A model generated the notes under the pieces. The model ran no database searches and was not told where the DNA came from. It was given only the letters and a program-made list of their open reading frames with translations. A program made the position numbers and the translations under genes. A stretch of 64,000 nucleotides of DNA from Trichoplax adhaerens. Lineage: Eukaryota > Animalia > Placozoa. Positions 28,496 through 42,100 of the stretch are shown here, one piece after another; positions within the stretch are counted from its first letter, which is position 1, and each line of letters starts with the position of its first letter. The stretch covers positions 7,879,684 through 7,943,683 of the forward strand of contig NW_002060945.1 of the NCBI RefSeq assembly GCF_000150275.1, in the 5' to 3' direction.

Positions 28496-31400
28496 AGTGA
28501 TAATGGATCCTTACCATGTTATTAATGTTGTGCTAAAAAAATTGAATTAGAACTGCGCAATTTTTCTTTGCGAGCTTTACCTTCTTATTACCTATTGGCA
28601 AGAACACAGTTTTAATGGTGATTGCTGAGATATTTCCTTTACATGCGAGGCGATAATTCCACTTTTAGTCCAACATATCTTTCTACTCTATAGAAGCAGC
28701 TTAAGAAGCAATAAATGTATTGTATCCAGAACATGATACACTGTGTCCTGCTCGTATTTAATTGCTCCAAGCAGTACGATATGAAATAGGATAGTGCAAT
28801 CAATCTTTTCGGTGCGGTCTCTTTATTATTGTACAGTCACACGAAAACAAAGCATAGTCTTGCTTTTATAGATTCTTAAAAGACACTGTAACTTTTTCAC
28901 TTTAATAATTCGCAAAGGAAAGATGTAAAATAATACGGTATGAAAGACGAAGGTGAGATTCTTCAAATAGTATAGGCAACGCTTCCTTTGCTGCTTGCTG
29001 CCAATTAGAAGACAGTAGTAGCGCTATTGTTTCCGATAAGAATAGTTCTCTTTAATTGGGGCTGTAATACTTAAAATAATATTGGCTTATTTCTATATTA
29101 CGTGATATTATCTCAACAGTTCGACTCAATTAGTTATAGGATAATATGGATCACATAAGATATAACTAAATAGAAAAATATATCGAAATTGTTCCATTTT
29201 CAATTCTGATACCTATTATAGATAACTTGTATAAGAAATGCAATTAGGGCTTCTATTCTTAAATTAGATGGCTAGTATTGGAACTCGTGACTTGTCAATT
29301 ACTAACTACAAATTTTTGCAATAATCTTACTGAATAAATTTTTAAATCAGTTATAGATGATATATTTGCTCGATCAAAAAATGGATCGTGCTATCTAAAA
29401 GCACCAGCCGTTCAGTTGTATGGTGCTACACTAATTCCTTCATGCTCACTATAATTGAGAACAATTTAGGTAATGCATCGATTTTAAATATGAATGCACG
29501 TATGCTCATAGTTGCTGATTTTCACCTCAATAACAACACAAAATAATTTTTGGCAATAGACAGTACTATGCGCTTGTTATTAGATTGTATTGTAATCCAT
29601 TACAGCTCTTCGAATAGGATACTTACAGAACAATCAAATTAAGTTTATTCTGTTGCAAGTTCGCTTACTAAATACATTAGCAAAGAAAGCATATTACAGT
29701 ATGATATACGATCTAATACGCATTAGTCGTTACTTTAAAACCGTTTATTCCCTATGACTCTACCAGAATGTTGCCGTATTTTTAGTTTAAAAACTTTATC
29801 CTACTATCTATCCATGAATTTAGTTACAAACGAAATTTATGCTAATTTTTTCTGTAAAAGGTGATAGCATTTATCCCTAAAATCTAAGAGTAGCCGAGAG
29901 CAAAACTTTAGATAAGCAACACTTTTTCTCCATAATCTATTCTTTCAAAAGTGATGTCTGAGTAAAAAATTGGCAATGAAATTTTCCTGGCGAGTTTCGA
30001 TTGCGATTTGCAACTATCTCCACATTTGAAATCCATTTTAGCCATACTATATTTAACTTATTTTCAGTTTTTATGTTTTAATTATCGATTGTAATTGTTT
30101 TATCTATTTACCATTTTGATCTAACTCCTTCAATTTTATTGTTAGTATTCATAAGAAATAACTTACTAAGATTTTTACAATGTAATTCATTATGCAAGTT
30201 TACATCATGGTATTATTTACCAGAAATTTACTGGATGTATTGAATATCCTTTTCTGAATTTTATTGATTCTTTATTTAGCAGAATGCTTTCAACTTTAGA
30301 AATTATCAATGCTATCGCTCAGCTATTTATAACTAATTAATATCCCGCTGCAGTATTATATTGTTCACTGTGAAGATTTTATCATCTTTGCTTATAGAAT
30401 GTAAAGTTGTAAACATATTTTTCTTCTGCGAGAATTGCTTCCGTCACCCATTAATTTTAAAGATGAAGTTTTTCCTACTTTAAAATGATTTCCAGACATA
30501 AGGACTAAATGATTTTTATCTTAAATCTGCCTCTTCAGTTCTATATATCGTCGGTATTAGTTACTTACAATGTTATTTTTACGCGGATAAAATAAAGATT
30601 GTTAGCAATTATTGCTCCACAATTTGTACTAACTATATACTCTACCCTACAGATGGCTATTAGTATACGTATTTATGATTAAGTCAACAATCAACATTAA
30701 GATATATGTTTACAGAATCATTCTATTTTATGATGATCAACCTGCTATATAGTTAACGTCAAATGAATAAATAACAGTATCCCGAAAAATATACAAAGTG
30801 CAGGCTCTATTAAAATTCATTTAAAGATGTCCCTTTAATATAATTCATATATTTATATTTTTTACCCTTTCTCTCTTCGCTTTCGCTAATATAAGTGTGA
30901 GCCATCGATATTTAATAAATAACTATTTTTAAAATACTGAGTACTGCTAGACACAAAATATTTAAATTTAAATCACCTAATTATTAAGTTACCAGCATTT
31001 TATCTCAAATTTACCGCTGTTTTTATACATGTAATATCTGAGTACGATATTTAAAGTCAACTGAAAACGTACTACAGCACAGCATTGCTAATAGGAAGCT
31101 TTGCTCATTCCTTGGAGAGTTCCATAGTTTCTTTGAAAATTAATGATTGTTCTTGCTACAGACTGTTTAATGTATCAAAAATTTATTACAGAATTTCATA
31201 TACTCTCCTATTAATTATTTTAATTACTTATATTTCTTATCTTAAAATATTTCAAATAACTAATTAGAAAATCATAGTAATGAATGACTAAAGCAAATAT
31301 GTAATCTCGCATTAAAAAATAACGTGAAGTAACATTAAATGGTTCAGTTTATAAAGAGATGTATGAATAGTATTAATAATCTAGGGTTATTTAAGTTCAA

Positions 31401-31608
31401 CTGTCCCATAGAGATAAATAATTTAAATTTCTTATAATATACGCGTATGTACTGAATCATGTGTTATCATAGAAATTTCATTATGCATCATTGGTGCTGC
31501 AATAACAATATTGTTGATACTTAAAGCTAAAATTGGTAGATTAAATTTAGCATTACGATATTAAGAAGTATTGATCTAATTTTCATCTAGATCAAAACTT
31601 TATTTGCT

Positions 31609-32797
31609 ATGGGAAATAGTGTGGGATGTTTGACTCGTAAATCCCTTAAAGTCGATCCAACGACTCAGCAAGATAGCATCTATGAATGGCAAAAGCATCA
31701 CGAAATTTTGCGAAAGAGCTGGGAATTAATATGTCAACAAAAGACGGATAATGGCGTTTCAGTTTTTATCAAGTAAGCTGAAAAAAATTTTTTAAGTGTT
31801 GCATTAGCATAGGATTTTAGCTCTGTCATGCCTTTTAGTATCTTAATTTTAATACTTTGCAAATGGATATATGACCAAGAGAATATCGTATGCTAGGTTA
31901 TTAGTATATTTTCAGTTTTGACTATTGTAAGATTTATCTGACAATAAAGATATTTTATTAGCTGTAAATAGATTCAGCACCCCGAAAGCATATTAGATAG
32001 TGCTAAATTAGCTTGTAGAAGAAATAATACGCTTTAATCCGTAATTTGCTTGATATACCGCAATTTTGCAATGAGTATTTCTGTTTACTATCTGTTTACA
32101 GTTTGTAGTCATTACTATGACCGTCATTTTTCTCTGTATAAATAAACTGTAAGAGGCTACCTATTCCATTTCCCTACATATCAAAGGTCTTTATAACTAA
32201 AATACGATCGTAATAGCGATTGCAAAGGTTTATTTCAACCTATGATTTCTTACGATGGTTCTGGTCAACAATTATAGTTTGATCAAATTGTCTCCGGCAA
32301 CGAAAATCTATTTCCATGGCGTCGATTTTGAGAAAAGAGATAGCTACCTTGCCAAAAATACATTCCTGCGGAATCATGCAGCTCGCTTCATGGAAGCTAT
32401 TAACGTAATAATTGGGCAAGATATGGATATATTCAGTGTGGAATCTTATTTTCGAGTTGTTGGAAGCAAACATCATAGTTATAATCTAAAGCTTGAACAC
32501 GTTCAGGTTAGACATATCATAATTTTTAGAGTAGCATAATGTAGCTCGGCGCATAAAATATATGCTATTACGATAGAGATCTGGAGTTTACCAGGAATTG
32601 CAATTTTGACTTATCCGTAGTTTCCGATATGTTTTAAATTGTATACATAGGACATTTCTGATGCTTTCCTTGAGATGGCACGAAATGCTTTGAAAAAAAA
32701 ATTTACGAAAAGTACGGAAGCTGCTTGGAGAAGCTTTTTCCAGATGGTAACTGATGCTATTAAGAATGGCATAATGAAAGCTCAGAACCGAAATTAA
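31609..32797 (+). CDS. Globin 1 (neuroglobin/globin X-like) with N-terminal putative acylation extension, 179 aa, 3 exons
   Basis: Exons 31609-31772, 32278-32506, 32651-32797 (540 nt); introns at globin positions B12.2 and G7.0. MGNSVGCLTRK start; A-helix ILRKSW; B10 Phe; C2 Pro and CD1 Phe (SPATKIYF); E7 His (LRNHAARFM); F8 His (GSKHHSY); H-helix AAW. Confidence 0.93.
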
Positions 32798-35700
32798 ATT
32801 CACTCCTAGCTACTCTAAAACTGTATTACTCTTTGACGCTTTAAGCAAATAGTCGTTTACTGGGCAATCCATATCAGTCAACTGACTTCATCACTGGATC
32901 AATATTGCTTTAAATTTTATAGCTGAGAAGAATCACGAAATTGTAAAAAGTCACGTCATCTAATTCATCCTAAATACATAAATAGGAGTGTTTTGCCAAT
33001 AACATATTGTCTGGTTGAAAACTGTTTAGAAATAAAGCGTAAATAAATTTTACTACTAGCAACGGGTACTTGGTCTGCGATAACGACGTATAGTAGTGTG
33101 CTAGTTAATATAAGAAGTCTAATGCATTTGATATTATATCAAAGTGTTCAATCACTTCAGTGATACATAGGATTCATAATATTATTGCAGTTAAGTGTGT
33201 TTTGTCTACACCAGTAACATCAATCCATTCATCGATTAAGAAGAAAGCGCGTCAACAATCGAAAAAGATCTATCGAATGAAACTAATGAATTCTATGATG
33301 AAACCCAAGTATCAACCTGCTTTCTCAAAATCTGATGGTTGTTTTGTAACACAGCTGTATCTTGTATGCTATCATCATAGTATGGAAATTTCATAAGATT
33401 CTAGGATTTGACTGGAATGAATAAAGACTTCATAAGCAAGCCTACCAGCAATATTTAATCATTGAAATAATTGTCTAGAAAACTTATGAGAATCTTACAA
33501 TACTCTTTTACCTCGATAAAATCAAATACTTCATTCCTATCTCATTACAGCGTCTTACTCACATATTTTCTTTTGTAATATAATCGTATTGCATGGCTAT
33601 TGGCCCTTATGTTGGCAATTTGGCATATAATATGAAAAGTACAAGTGCGCTGTTCCATCATACCAGCCTCAATCTACAAATGCTTTGTAAGATTCAATAT
33701 TGGAATACTAACTGAATGAAACTGCCATAAATGTTCTAGGCTTATTCCTTGATTAAAATCTGGTGGAATAATTTTTTAAATAATTATACCATAATAGATT
33801 AACTATTAAAATTACTCTTGGTATTCATCCTACATTTACGATCGAAATTTACTGTAAACAACGTATAATTGATATCAATGATCAGCTATTAATTTCTTTT
33901 TCGTCTTTCAACGCTGGAGGCAAATAATTAAATTACTGTGATATCGTAAGACTTACATTTTTTTAATGTTGTATGGCTCAAGTACGTATTCTTATTGAAC
34001 ATGCAAATTTTTCACAGTACTGAACTATACTAGTAAATGAGGTAAGGGAAGACTGACATCACCCAGTTTTTACATTGACAGCCTCTAATTTAATTTACGA
34101 CTTATCAAATCCTAACTTTTCTATTTCTTTATTTAAAAATTTAGGTTTATTGCTTGAGCTATACCTGTCAAGCTAAATGCTATAGCAAGATTTAATCCTT
34201 GCACTACTTGCGAAAATTTTCTGTCTTTATTGCTACGTGTGTATTGTTCTAGTATGCAGTCACGTGGCGAAACAGACCAAACTATAAATACAAATATATG
34301 TTAAGGCCACTATATATTTATATATAAAAATAAAATATCTTAATCTATGATCTTGGATTGCCTTTCTACAAGCTTTATTAACTAATATTGATAGTAACAA
34401 TTTTAAGAAGTTTACTTTGTTAGAGTATTAGCTAACTGGGAAGAATTTAATCGCAGCGTGCATCAATAGTTGGAAGTGATCAAGTCGCTGTCATGATATT
34501 TTGCTATGTTAACTGTGTATACGTACATTAAATGCTCAGTTTATTAATATTTTATTTAAAAATACCAGAAATATTCACGCTACGATCGAAAACAACATGA
34601 ATAAGTGGATAGAAAATTAAAATGTATAGTAGCGGTAAATTATTACATTGAAGATCTAGTGAAATGGGATATCGTTAGCAACTAAACAAACTTAGGTCTT
34701 GATCATATCAATTATATACCAATACTAAGAGATAAAATACCACCTATAGTATCAAAATTTTGAAATAGTTACTGTCGTAAAAGGATGTTCGGCTTCATTT
34801 CTCGATCTAGTTTCAATAGTCTAATAGTTTATAATCAGCTTTACGTTCATGTCAGTATCATGTCAATATAATAAATATCTGAATTTTTATTTTCGTTTCT
34901 CGTTACCTTTGTGCTGGTAGTATCCTGAAGGATTTATCCTATTCAATGTTGATGAAGGTCATCTAAGCTTTATAAAATAGAATGTTATGTAATATAAAGA
35001 TTTTTACATTTTTATGCATTTCTAGTAAAATTCCACCTGAAGTGTTACGTATCATAATGTGTATTATAAGGATTTGGATTCAGTTTTCATTGTATTCTTC
35101 AAAGAAAACGTTAATACTTTACTATAGCAGCTTAAAGCGAAGTAATTTAAAATATAAAATTTTCTACCTAAATACCGTATTTAATTTCAATAGATAAATC
35201 CAAAAAATGTTCACCTTCACTTTCCAAGGCCTGCAGTGGAATGCACGTACACTGCAATGCATCCTTACAGTACGTTTTTTTGCTTGGAATACCAAATTTG
35301 CTATATTTTTGGCAAATGAGCGTTTCCGAAGTAATTTGTGAGTTTCTGCAGAGCAATCGAACTGCAGGAATTTTGGTTAACCTTTGTTTTAGTAATTAGG
35401 GAAAAATAAGTTGCAATTGCGCGATAATTAAATCAAAGTACCTTATAGCTGATTAATCGTATTGTTACAATGTAATTTATCATTTACAAATAGCAGTTGT
35501 GTGTTTAGGCTAAATATCAATGTCTGTACTCGAACCATAGCGGCTATGCAATGTCTTCAGTTATAGCATCATAACAGATCTCAATTACTTGGTTATTACT
35601 GTGAACAAAAATTCTGACTACATTTGGAATATTATTATTTTAGTACAACTCGAGCAATGAATAGGTTATATCTAGTAGGTATATTGTATAATTGGTTTTT

Positions 35701-38700
35701 CATAACATCAATAATACTATTTCAAAGATTACTACAATAAAATATCTTAGAATATTATAACAAGAACTTTAGCTTTCTGGAAAACTTTATTTATTACACA
35801 AATCTCTTTGTCTCCAAAATACCAATCACATCTCAGTACCTTTGCCTTAATACATACAAACTACTGCGAAAACTACTGCGAAAAGTATTTGTAAAACAGA
35901 TACTTCCATGATTTAACATTCAAGCGTCCGTCTAATAGAATCTGAAATTCTTAACCTGCAAGTATTTTGGGTTGGACTATAATTATATTCGTTAAAATCT
36001 CATTTGGGATTCTAATATATGTTATTTTATCAGCTTGAAATCAGTATCTTCATGGTTTCATTTTTGGCCTCATTTTTCTGAGTCGCCAAAGATAACTATC
36101 CATGTGTATGTTTGACCCAGAAACAATACAATTATGACCTTTAAAATAAGAAGTAGATCATACTCATTGCATAATTCAATTGGATTTTTCCTGAATCATG
36201 CACACGTATATCGAAATAAAGGAAATTATTTCTTTCAGGTTTATTTCTAAAGAAATTCGTAGTTTTATCAAATTGAACTTTCCTACAAACATTGAATTTT
36301 GTCAATATCCTGTTAAATGATGATTGCTTGAAATCACGTACTTTGTATTCGATAAGGACCGTTTCGGAAACGGATATGGTAGCTGATTTTTTAAAAGAGG
36401 GTATAACTGTTTTAAAATTTCTTCTAGATAATATTGGCGAAGGCACCGTATTGCTATATAATAAAATCATTCCAGTCAACAAAAAAATTACTTTAGCAAA
36501 CGAAAATTTTAACTATTTTATGATCAATTGTTTCCTTCGAATTTATTTTTGTTTAATTTCTCAAAGCAATTCATGATATAAAAATCACTTGTAATGGCCA
36601 GAAAAAATGATTAATGTCTCATTGCGTGATCCATTGCAAAAATATTAAAATGGGTAATCATCCTATTTTCATCGTATTAATATAGAATTACGTGGCCAAT
36701 TTATACGTTACAGCCCTTTTCCATATCATTCATCTTTTAAAAAATCGATTTATTGATCTAGACTATTGCTCGTTTTTTTTAAATCTGAGATAAACATTGC
36801 TAGATAATAGGTGAAAAGAGTATCATCTGAATTTAATTAGTTTTCATAATTAGATATCAAAACATTTAAATCAAGGTTAGAAATAAATTGTTACATTTAG
36901 GCTCGCAGGGTATGTCAAACGAAACTACTTAACCTATATACGAGTATTTTGAATTAATTGAAGGAATCCAATTATTTATCTTTACTATGTTATAACAATG
37001 AATGAAATGATTGAATCAATTATATCATTACCACTAGTATTTGGAAAATTAATTTCTAGCATGACTGCATTCTTTAGGTCAGAGCTATATTGGAAAGTTA
37101 CAATGAGAACAAACTAGGAATAGTTAGTAATGTTAGGGAGTTCATCTGATCATGGCTAGCAAAGCCCAAATGATTATGTCTGCAACCACTAATATAGAGA
37201 ATGTTAGTAACGTTATATTTAGCTGATTAATATAAACAAATTACAAGTGAAAACCAGCATATTATGATAACAAGGTTGAAGAATAGACTAAATCGTTCGG
37301 TTAAATTTTGTAATTTGAGATATCCACTCAATTTTGTTTACGACGGATTAAAGCGTTAAGAAATTAATCTGATGTCACGTCATTTACGACGGCTGAATAG
37401 CTTTATCGATCAGCTTAACAGCAAGAAATTGAAATATCAAAACTAGTAATCTAAATTTGATGTCTCTTATCGCAATATCGTCATAATTGTGTTTGTTTAT
37501 TTTTATGGCAATTGATGCTGAGAAGTGGTCTGCTCGTAGCCTATTCATTCAAAAAGTACAAGCATAGTTCAATTTTGGTATTTCCATATCCTAGTCACGT
37601 TTAAGTCTAGTCCTGCGAAAATATATTGTTTACATTTTCAAACAGGAAAACAGTTAGAAATTCAATATCAGTTAATAATATGAACTTTATATAGAGTTCA
37701 AGTTTACTACGGTAACTGTAGCCCATGCCCGGAATAAGTTTATTTTTCAAATTTCCGGTAATCGTTGTCCATAATCGTGATGAGACTGAGTGGCGGGATA
37801 AAGTATGGTAATAAATAATCAAGCAAAATCTGCTTAAGCGAATAAAGGCTTTAACATTTAAAATGACAAATGTTAGTTAATCGAGAAGACTGTTTCGTTA
37901 GTTGAAGTATTGATATTTATCTTTTTTTTTGCGTTTTAGATTACTCTATTCTTAGTAGTTAGTATTCATAACATCATTTCAAATCATTCTTTTGATCCAT
38001 ATAATGAAAAGCAAGAAAAGAGTGCTTACTACGTGAGCTTGTGACCTGCAGTAAATGGGAACGGGGTAGGATTTATACCGGATATATTTAATCGACACTT
38101 ATTTCTTAGATTATAGATTTTGATGTGATATGACACTGTATGGTATACTGTATCTTTAGGCTTTAACGTTAATGAAATGATGGATTTAGAAAGCGATTAT
38201 AGTGATAATAATATATCATTTACTTCAGGACAGGTTTAAATATGCTAAATTGGATATAATCTAACTATAATAAACTGGTGCACCAATTCTATTAATTATA
38301 AAGCTTTATGGCCGGTGGAAATCGAGTAGATTACACTTTATATTACAAAAGCTATATCGATTTCTTGGGTTTTATTCCTTACGTGCTCACTAAATTTACT
38401 TAGCCGCTAACAATATGAACTAAATTTCAGTCATATCAGCTTACAAATATGCGCTATTTTACCTTCTCAGTTAAATTATATATCCATTGATACAAATATC
38501 ATTTCTTATTTCCGATAGAATATTAAAGACATATTTTCGTCACGATAGCCAAGAAAATACTAAAGATTGATATATAATAGAATGAAATTTGAAAAAGAAA
38601 TAACCGAATTTTTTTCTTTCTTTCTCATTCAAATAGCATGCAGTAGAATTGATTTAATCAATTTATTGTCAATGTTTGCTGAGGCATTGATATTTATATA

Positions 38701-39179
38701 ATTGCCATTGAATCTGTTATTCTATCCTTTTCACAAACTTAATTAGAAAATTCTTGATACGCAAAAGTCGTCTCTTTGATATACTTAGCAAACTTCAACT
38801 CATACAGCTAACATAAAAGCAGAAAATTTTTTATTGATATTATTATTAAATGGGCTATTTTTAATATTGTTACCGTATCATTTTAAAAAGTTTAATTTTT
38901 TTACGCATCGTAGTCGAGATATTCACATCGACCGTTTTATTAGATTGTCGTTGTATTCTAACTTAGGACTACCTTTTTATCTAGATCACAGTACTGTAGT
39001 TTTTAAATTCATGTGGTTGTCGATAATCATAGTTATCGATTTAGGCTAGTCTGATTTCACTGTTTAATTTTATTCATAATTCATAAATTAAATCTCTCTC
39101 AGGCGACTTAGAAGCAAAATATAGATAAAGTTAAACTCATTAAAGTGAATTAGTTCTAAAATTTGACTGATCAACCGAA

Positions 39180-42100
39180 ATGGGAAGCGCTGGCGGTAAA
39201 TTAATTGCGACTGACAATCATGTAAGAGTCGATCACAGTAATCGCACTCAGCCTTTTACACTCAGTAAAAGGAATAAAAAAATTATTAGACAAACTTGGA
39301 AGAAAATTTCAGCTAATAAAATTGAAAATGGTGTCCTTGTCTTTTTCAAGTAAGTTTACTGATTTTTAGCTTTATAGGCTTACAGGAGTTTATTCTTCTG
39401 ATATATTTAAAATTATTTGACTTACTGCAATATTCAATTCCTAAATAATTTATGGCTGTTTAGCTAGTGTCTTCTTTTTTATTACATGGGTTCCATTTAT
39501 TATTGCAGTTTGTAGCAGCACAACAATAATTTCAATATATGACTTATTTATTCTCCGTTTATGGTGTTGCGATACAGAATTTGAAGTAATTTAGAATATG
39601 TTCTTACCGTGCACCTTACATCTAGCACTGATATTTCATTACTTTTCTATATTATGTACATTTAATATCTTATTCGTCCTTTAGAAATTACTTTTATTCT
39701 TGATTTCTTCCTTACTTCAGATTGTATGAAAAGTTTCGCAACTCATTAAAAGTTGGCAACTTATTAATAGAATAGAATTGTCAAAAACTCGTGCAATACT
39801 ACATTAAAAATAGGCAACAGCTTTTAACGTATCTGTAGAGTCTAAAAATGCGGGGTAGAACCTTTACAATTAGAAATGGAAAAGGTTTGAAGATCCTGTC
39901 ACAAATCTAGCAACAAATTAAAAACTTAGGATGCTATCACAAAAAATAACGTTTTTAGGATAGAAATAGAGTTAGAACGGGATAGAACAATCCAGACAGC
40001 AAAGTCCTCCATTCCTAATTTTAGAGAGAAAATCAAACTTTGTTTCTGATTTTTGTCGTTTGTTTGCCGGCGATACTAGCGCAATGTTAGAAATTTGCGT
40101 AATATTAATGGTATTTTTTGAAGTAGAGATTTCTTTTAAGTCTATCAATTTGTGAAGCACCGAGAACTTGTGTTAGGTACACTTAAAATTGCATAAGGAA
40201 ATGATAAAGAGGATTGGTTCAGAGTAAAATTAATGTATTTTAAAAGGCAATCGATGGAATTATTCTTAAATTGCTTTTATTATAAACTAAACGTTCAGTT
40301 ATATTTAGTTTACGCTAAATTTAGTAATCCTTTGCTATTTCAATCGTAGCAAGGAGATCAAAATGTAGCAAATGACTTTAATCAGTTTTATGATTGCCCA
40401 AACTCTATTATAATACCTTGCTAGGCATATAATGTTGAATCTGTAGTTCCTTATCTGTGCATGGAATTTATAATGCTAATTTCCATGAATATTCACCTTT
40501 TAGTACATTCTCGGAGTTTAACTGCCATCTTTCAAAATTCTTTATACACGTATACTGTTCCGCAGGAATATTTTGTACTGTAGAAAAATTTTTGGGCTTT
40601 CGATTTCTTAGAAATTCGTCTTGGCAAAATTCAATTATTGAATTAATATGTTAGTTTAACCTGAGCGGATGTTACAGCACATTCAATGAAATATTTGATT
40701 GAAAGTCGCTGATCTATTTTGGCTATACAGTACTGTTGTATGTCCTCTATTTATTAGTGATTTCTAATGGCAGCCTATTTACATCTTAAATCTTTAACAT
40801 TCAATTCGTGCAGTATTTAATTAGTTGCCACAAACTAGCTTCGTGACAAAGATAACGTAAAACAAATCTCTAAATTACTATAGTCTCCGGGATTCAGCAT
40901 CCCTTAACTACCTCACAAGAATTTAGACGCCTTTACTTCGTTAAAACGACTATATAACTCTTCTTTCATTCAACTATCTGCTGAGCTTAAATACCTTTCG
41001 GCAGCAGCTATCATGTATGAGTCGTAACAGTTCATGAAATTTAGCTCATATCGGATAGCCAAATTAATACAGATATTATTCATAATTTTGGACATGTACT
41101 GAACGATTCTAGATAATTAGACTATAGTAAGTCTACACACAGAATTATTTATAGTATCATCTATAATTGAATATCTTCAGGCTATTCATCACAAGCGTTA
41201 CAAGATATAACATTATAATCAATTAATATTAGTTACCTTATGAGAATTCTTATTACAATACAGCATAATTTACTGTAACAAAATAATAACTAGCGTAGTT
41301 CTTACTGTAAGTCATTATTAGTTTTCTCCATATATAAATGTTAAACACTAAATTTAGTCATTTACTCTTCACGGTAGTTCGTACTGTGACAATTACCCTC
41401 ATTGAAATTGCAGTAAGGATGCTTATAAAGATCCGACTTCAGTTTGGTATCCAACCTAAAGATCACAAAAATTAAGTCGAAATCATATTTCTTAAATCAA
41501 TACATAGACTTAAAAATGTAATATATTTCTATAGAAAGGAGTAGTTTGTACTAGTAGAATATAAATAAAACTGCCGAGCCCTATATAACGATGGAAATGC
41601 TAATTTTTAAATATTACACGTTGATTTCTCTATTATGATCAAAAGTGCAATTGTTGATTATTTTCCTTTATCCCTAATAATGAATGTAGCGCTAGACTTA
41701 TTTATACGTTAATAATAACTATTCTTAAGCACAAAAATTTTACATAAAGGCTCAATATTCGTTATAGCTAGCAATCTTAAACAGAGTATTAGACCTTTTA
41801 ATGGTAGTCATTTCGATAAATTCGGGTATTAAACAATAAGGATGACCGGAATCTGATTGCTGCTTGCTTACATTGTCTTGCATTAGTAGGTGTAAATGAT
41901 CATTATTAGAGTAAGCGAAATCAGAATTCTAGTTGAGATTTTTGGTTAAGCAGTCCTGAATGTTAAGGAGCGGTTATAACAATTTTAGTACTCTACTTGG
42001 TTGTATATTGCAGCGATTTAATTATCATATTATGCAAAAAAATGAAAACTCTTTATGAAATCGTCTGCTTGTAATCAATGAGATTTCAATTTTATTTATG

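Noticed and set aside
35207-35345. ATG-initiated frame ending at a GTGAGT donor between the two globins
   Set aside because: No globin features and no compatible downstream coding exon; at most a non-coding leader of globin 2.
36141-36576. Overlapping 113-aa and 94-aa ORFs between the globins
   Set aside because: TTG starts, AT-driven composition, no motifs and no convincing splice boundaries.
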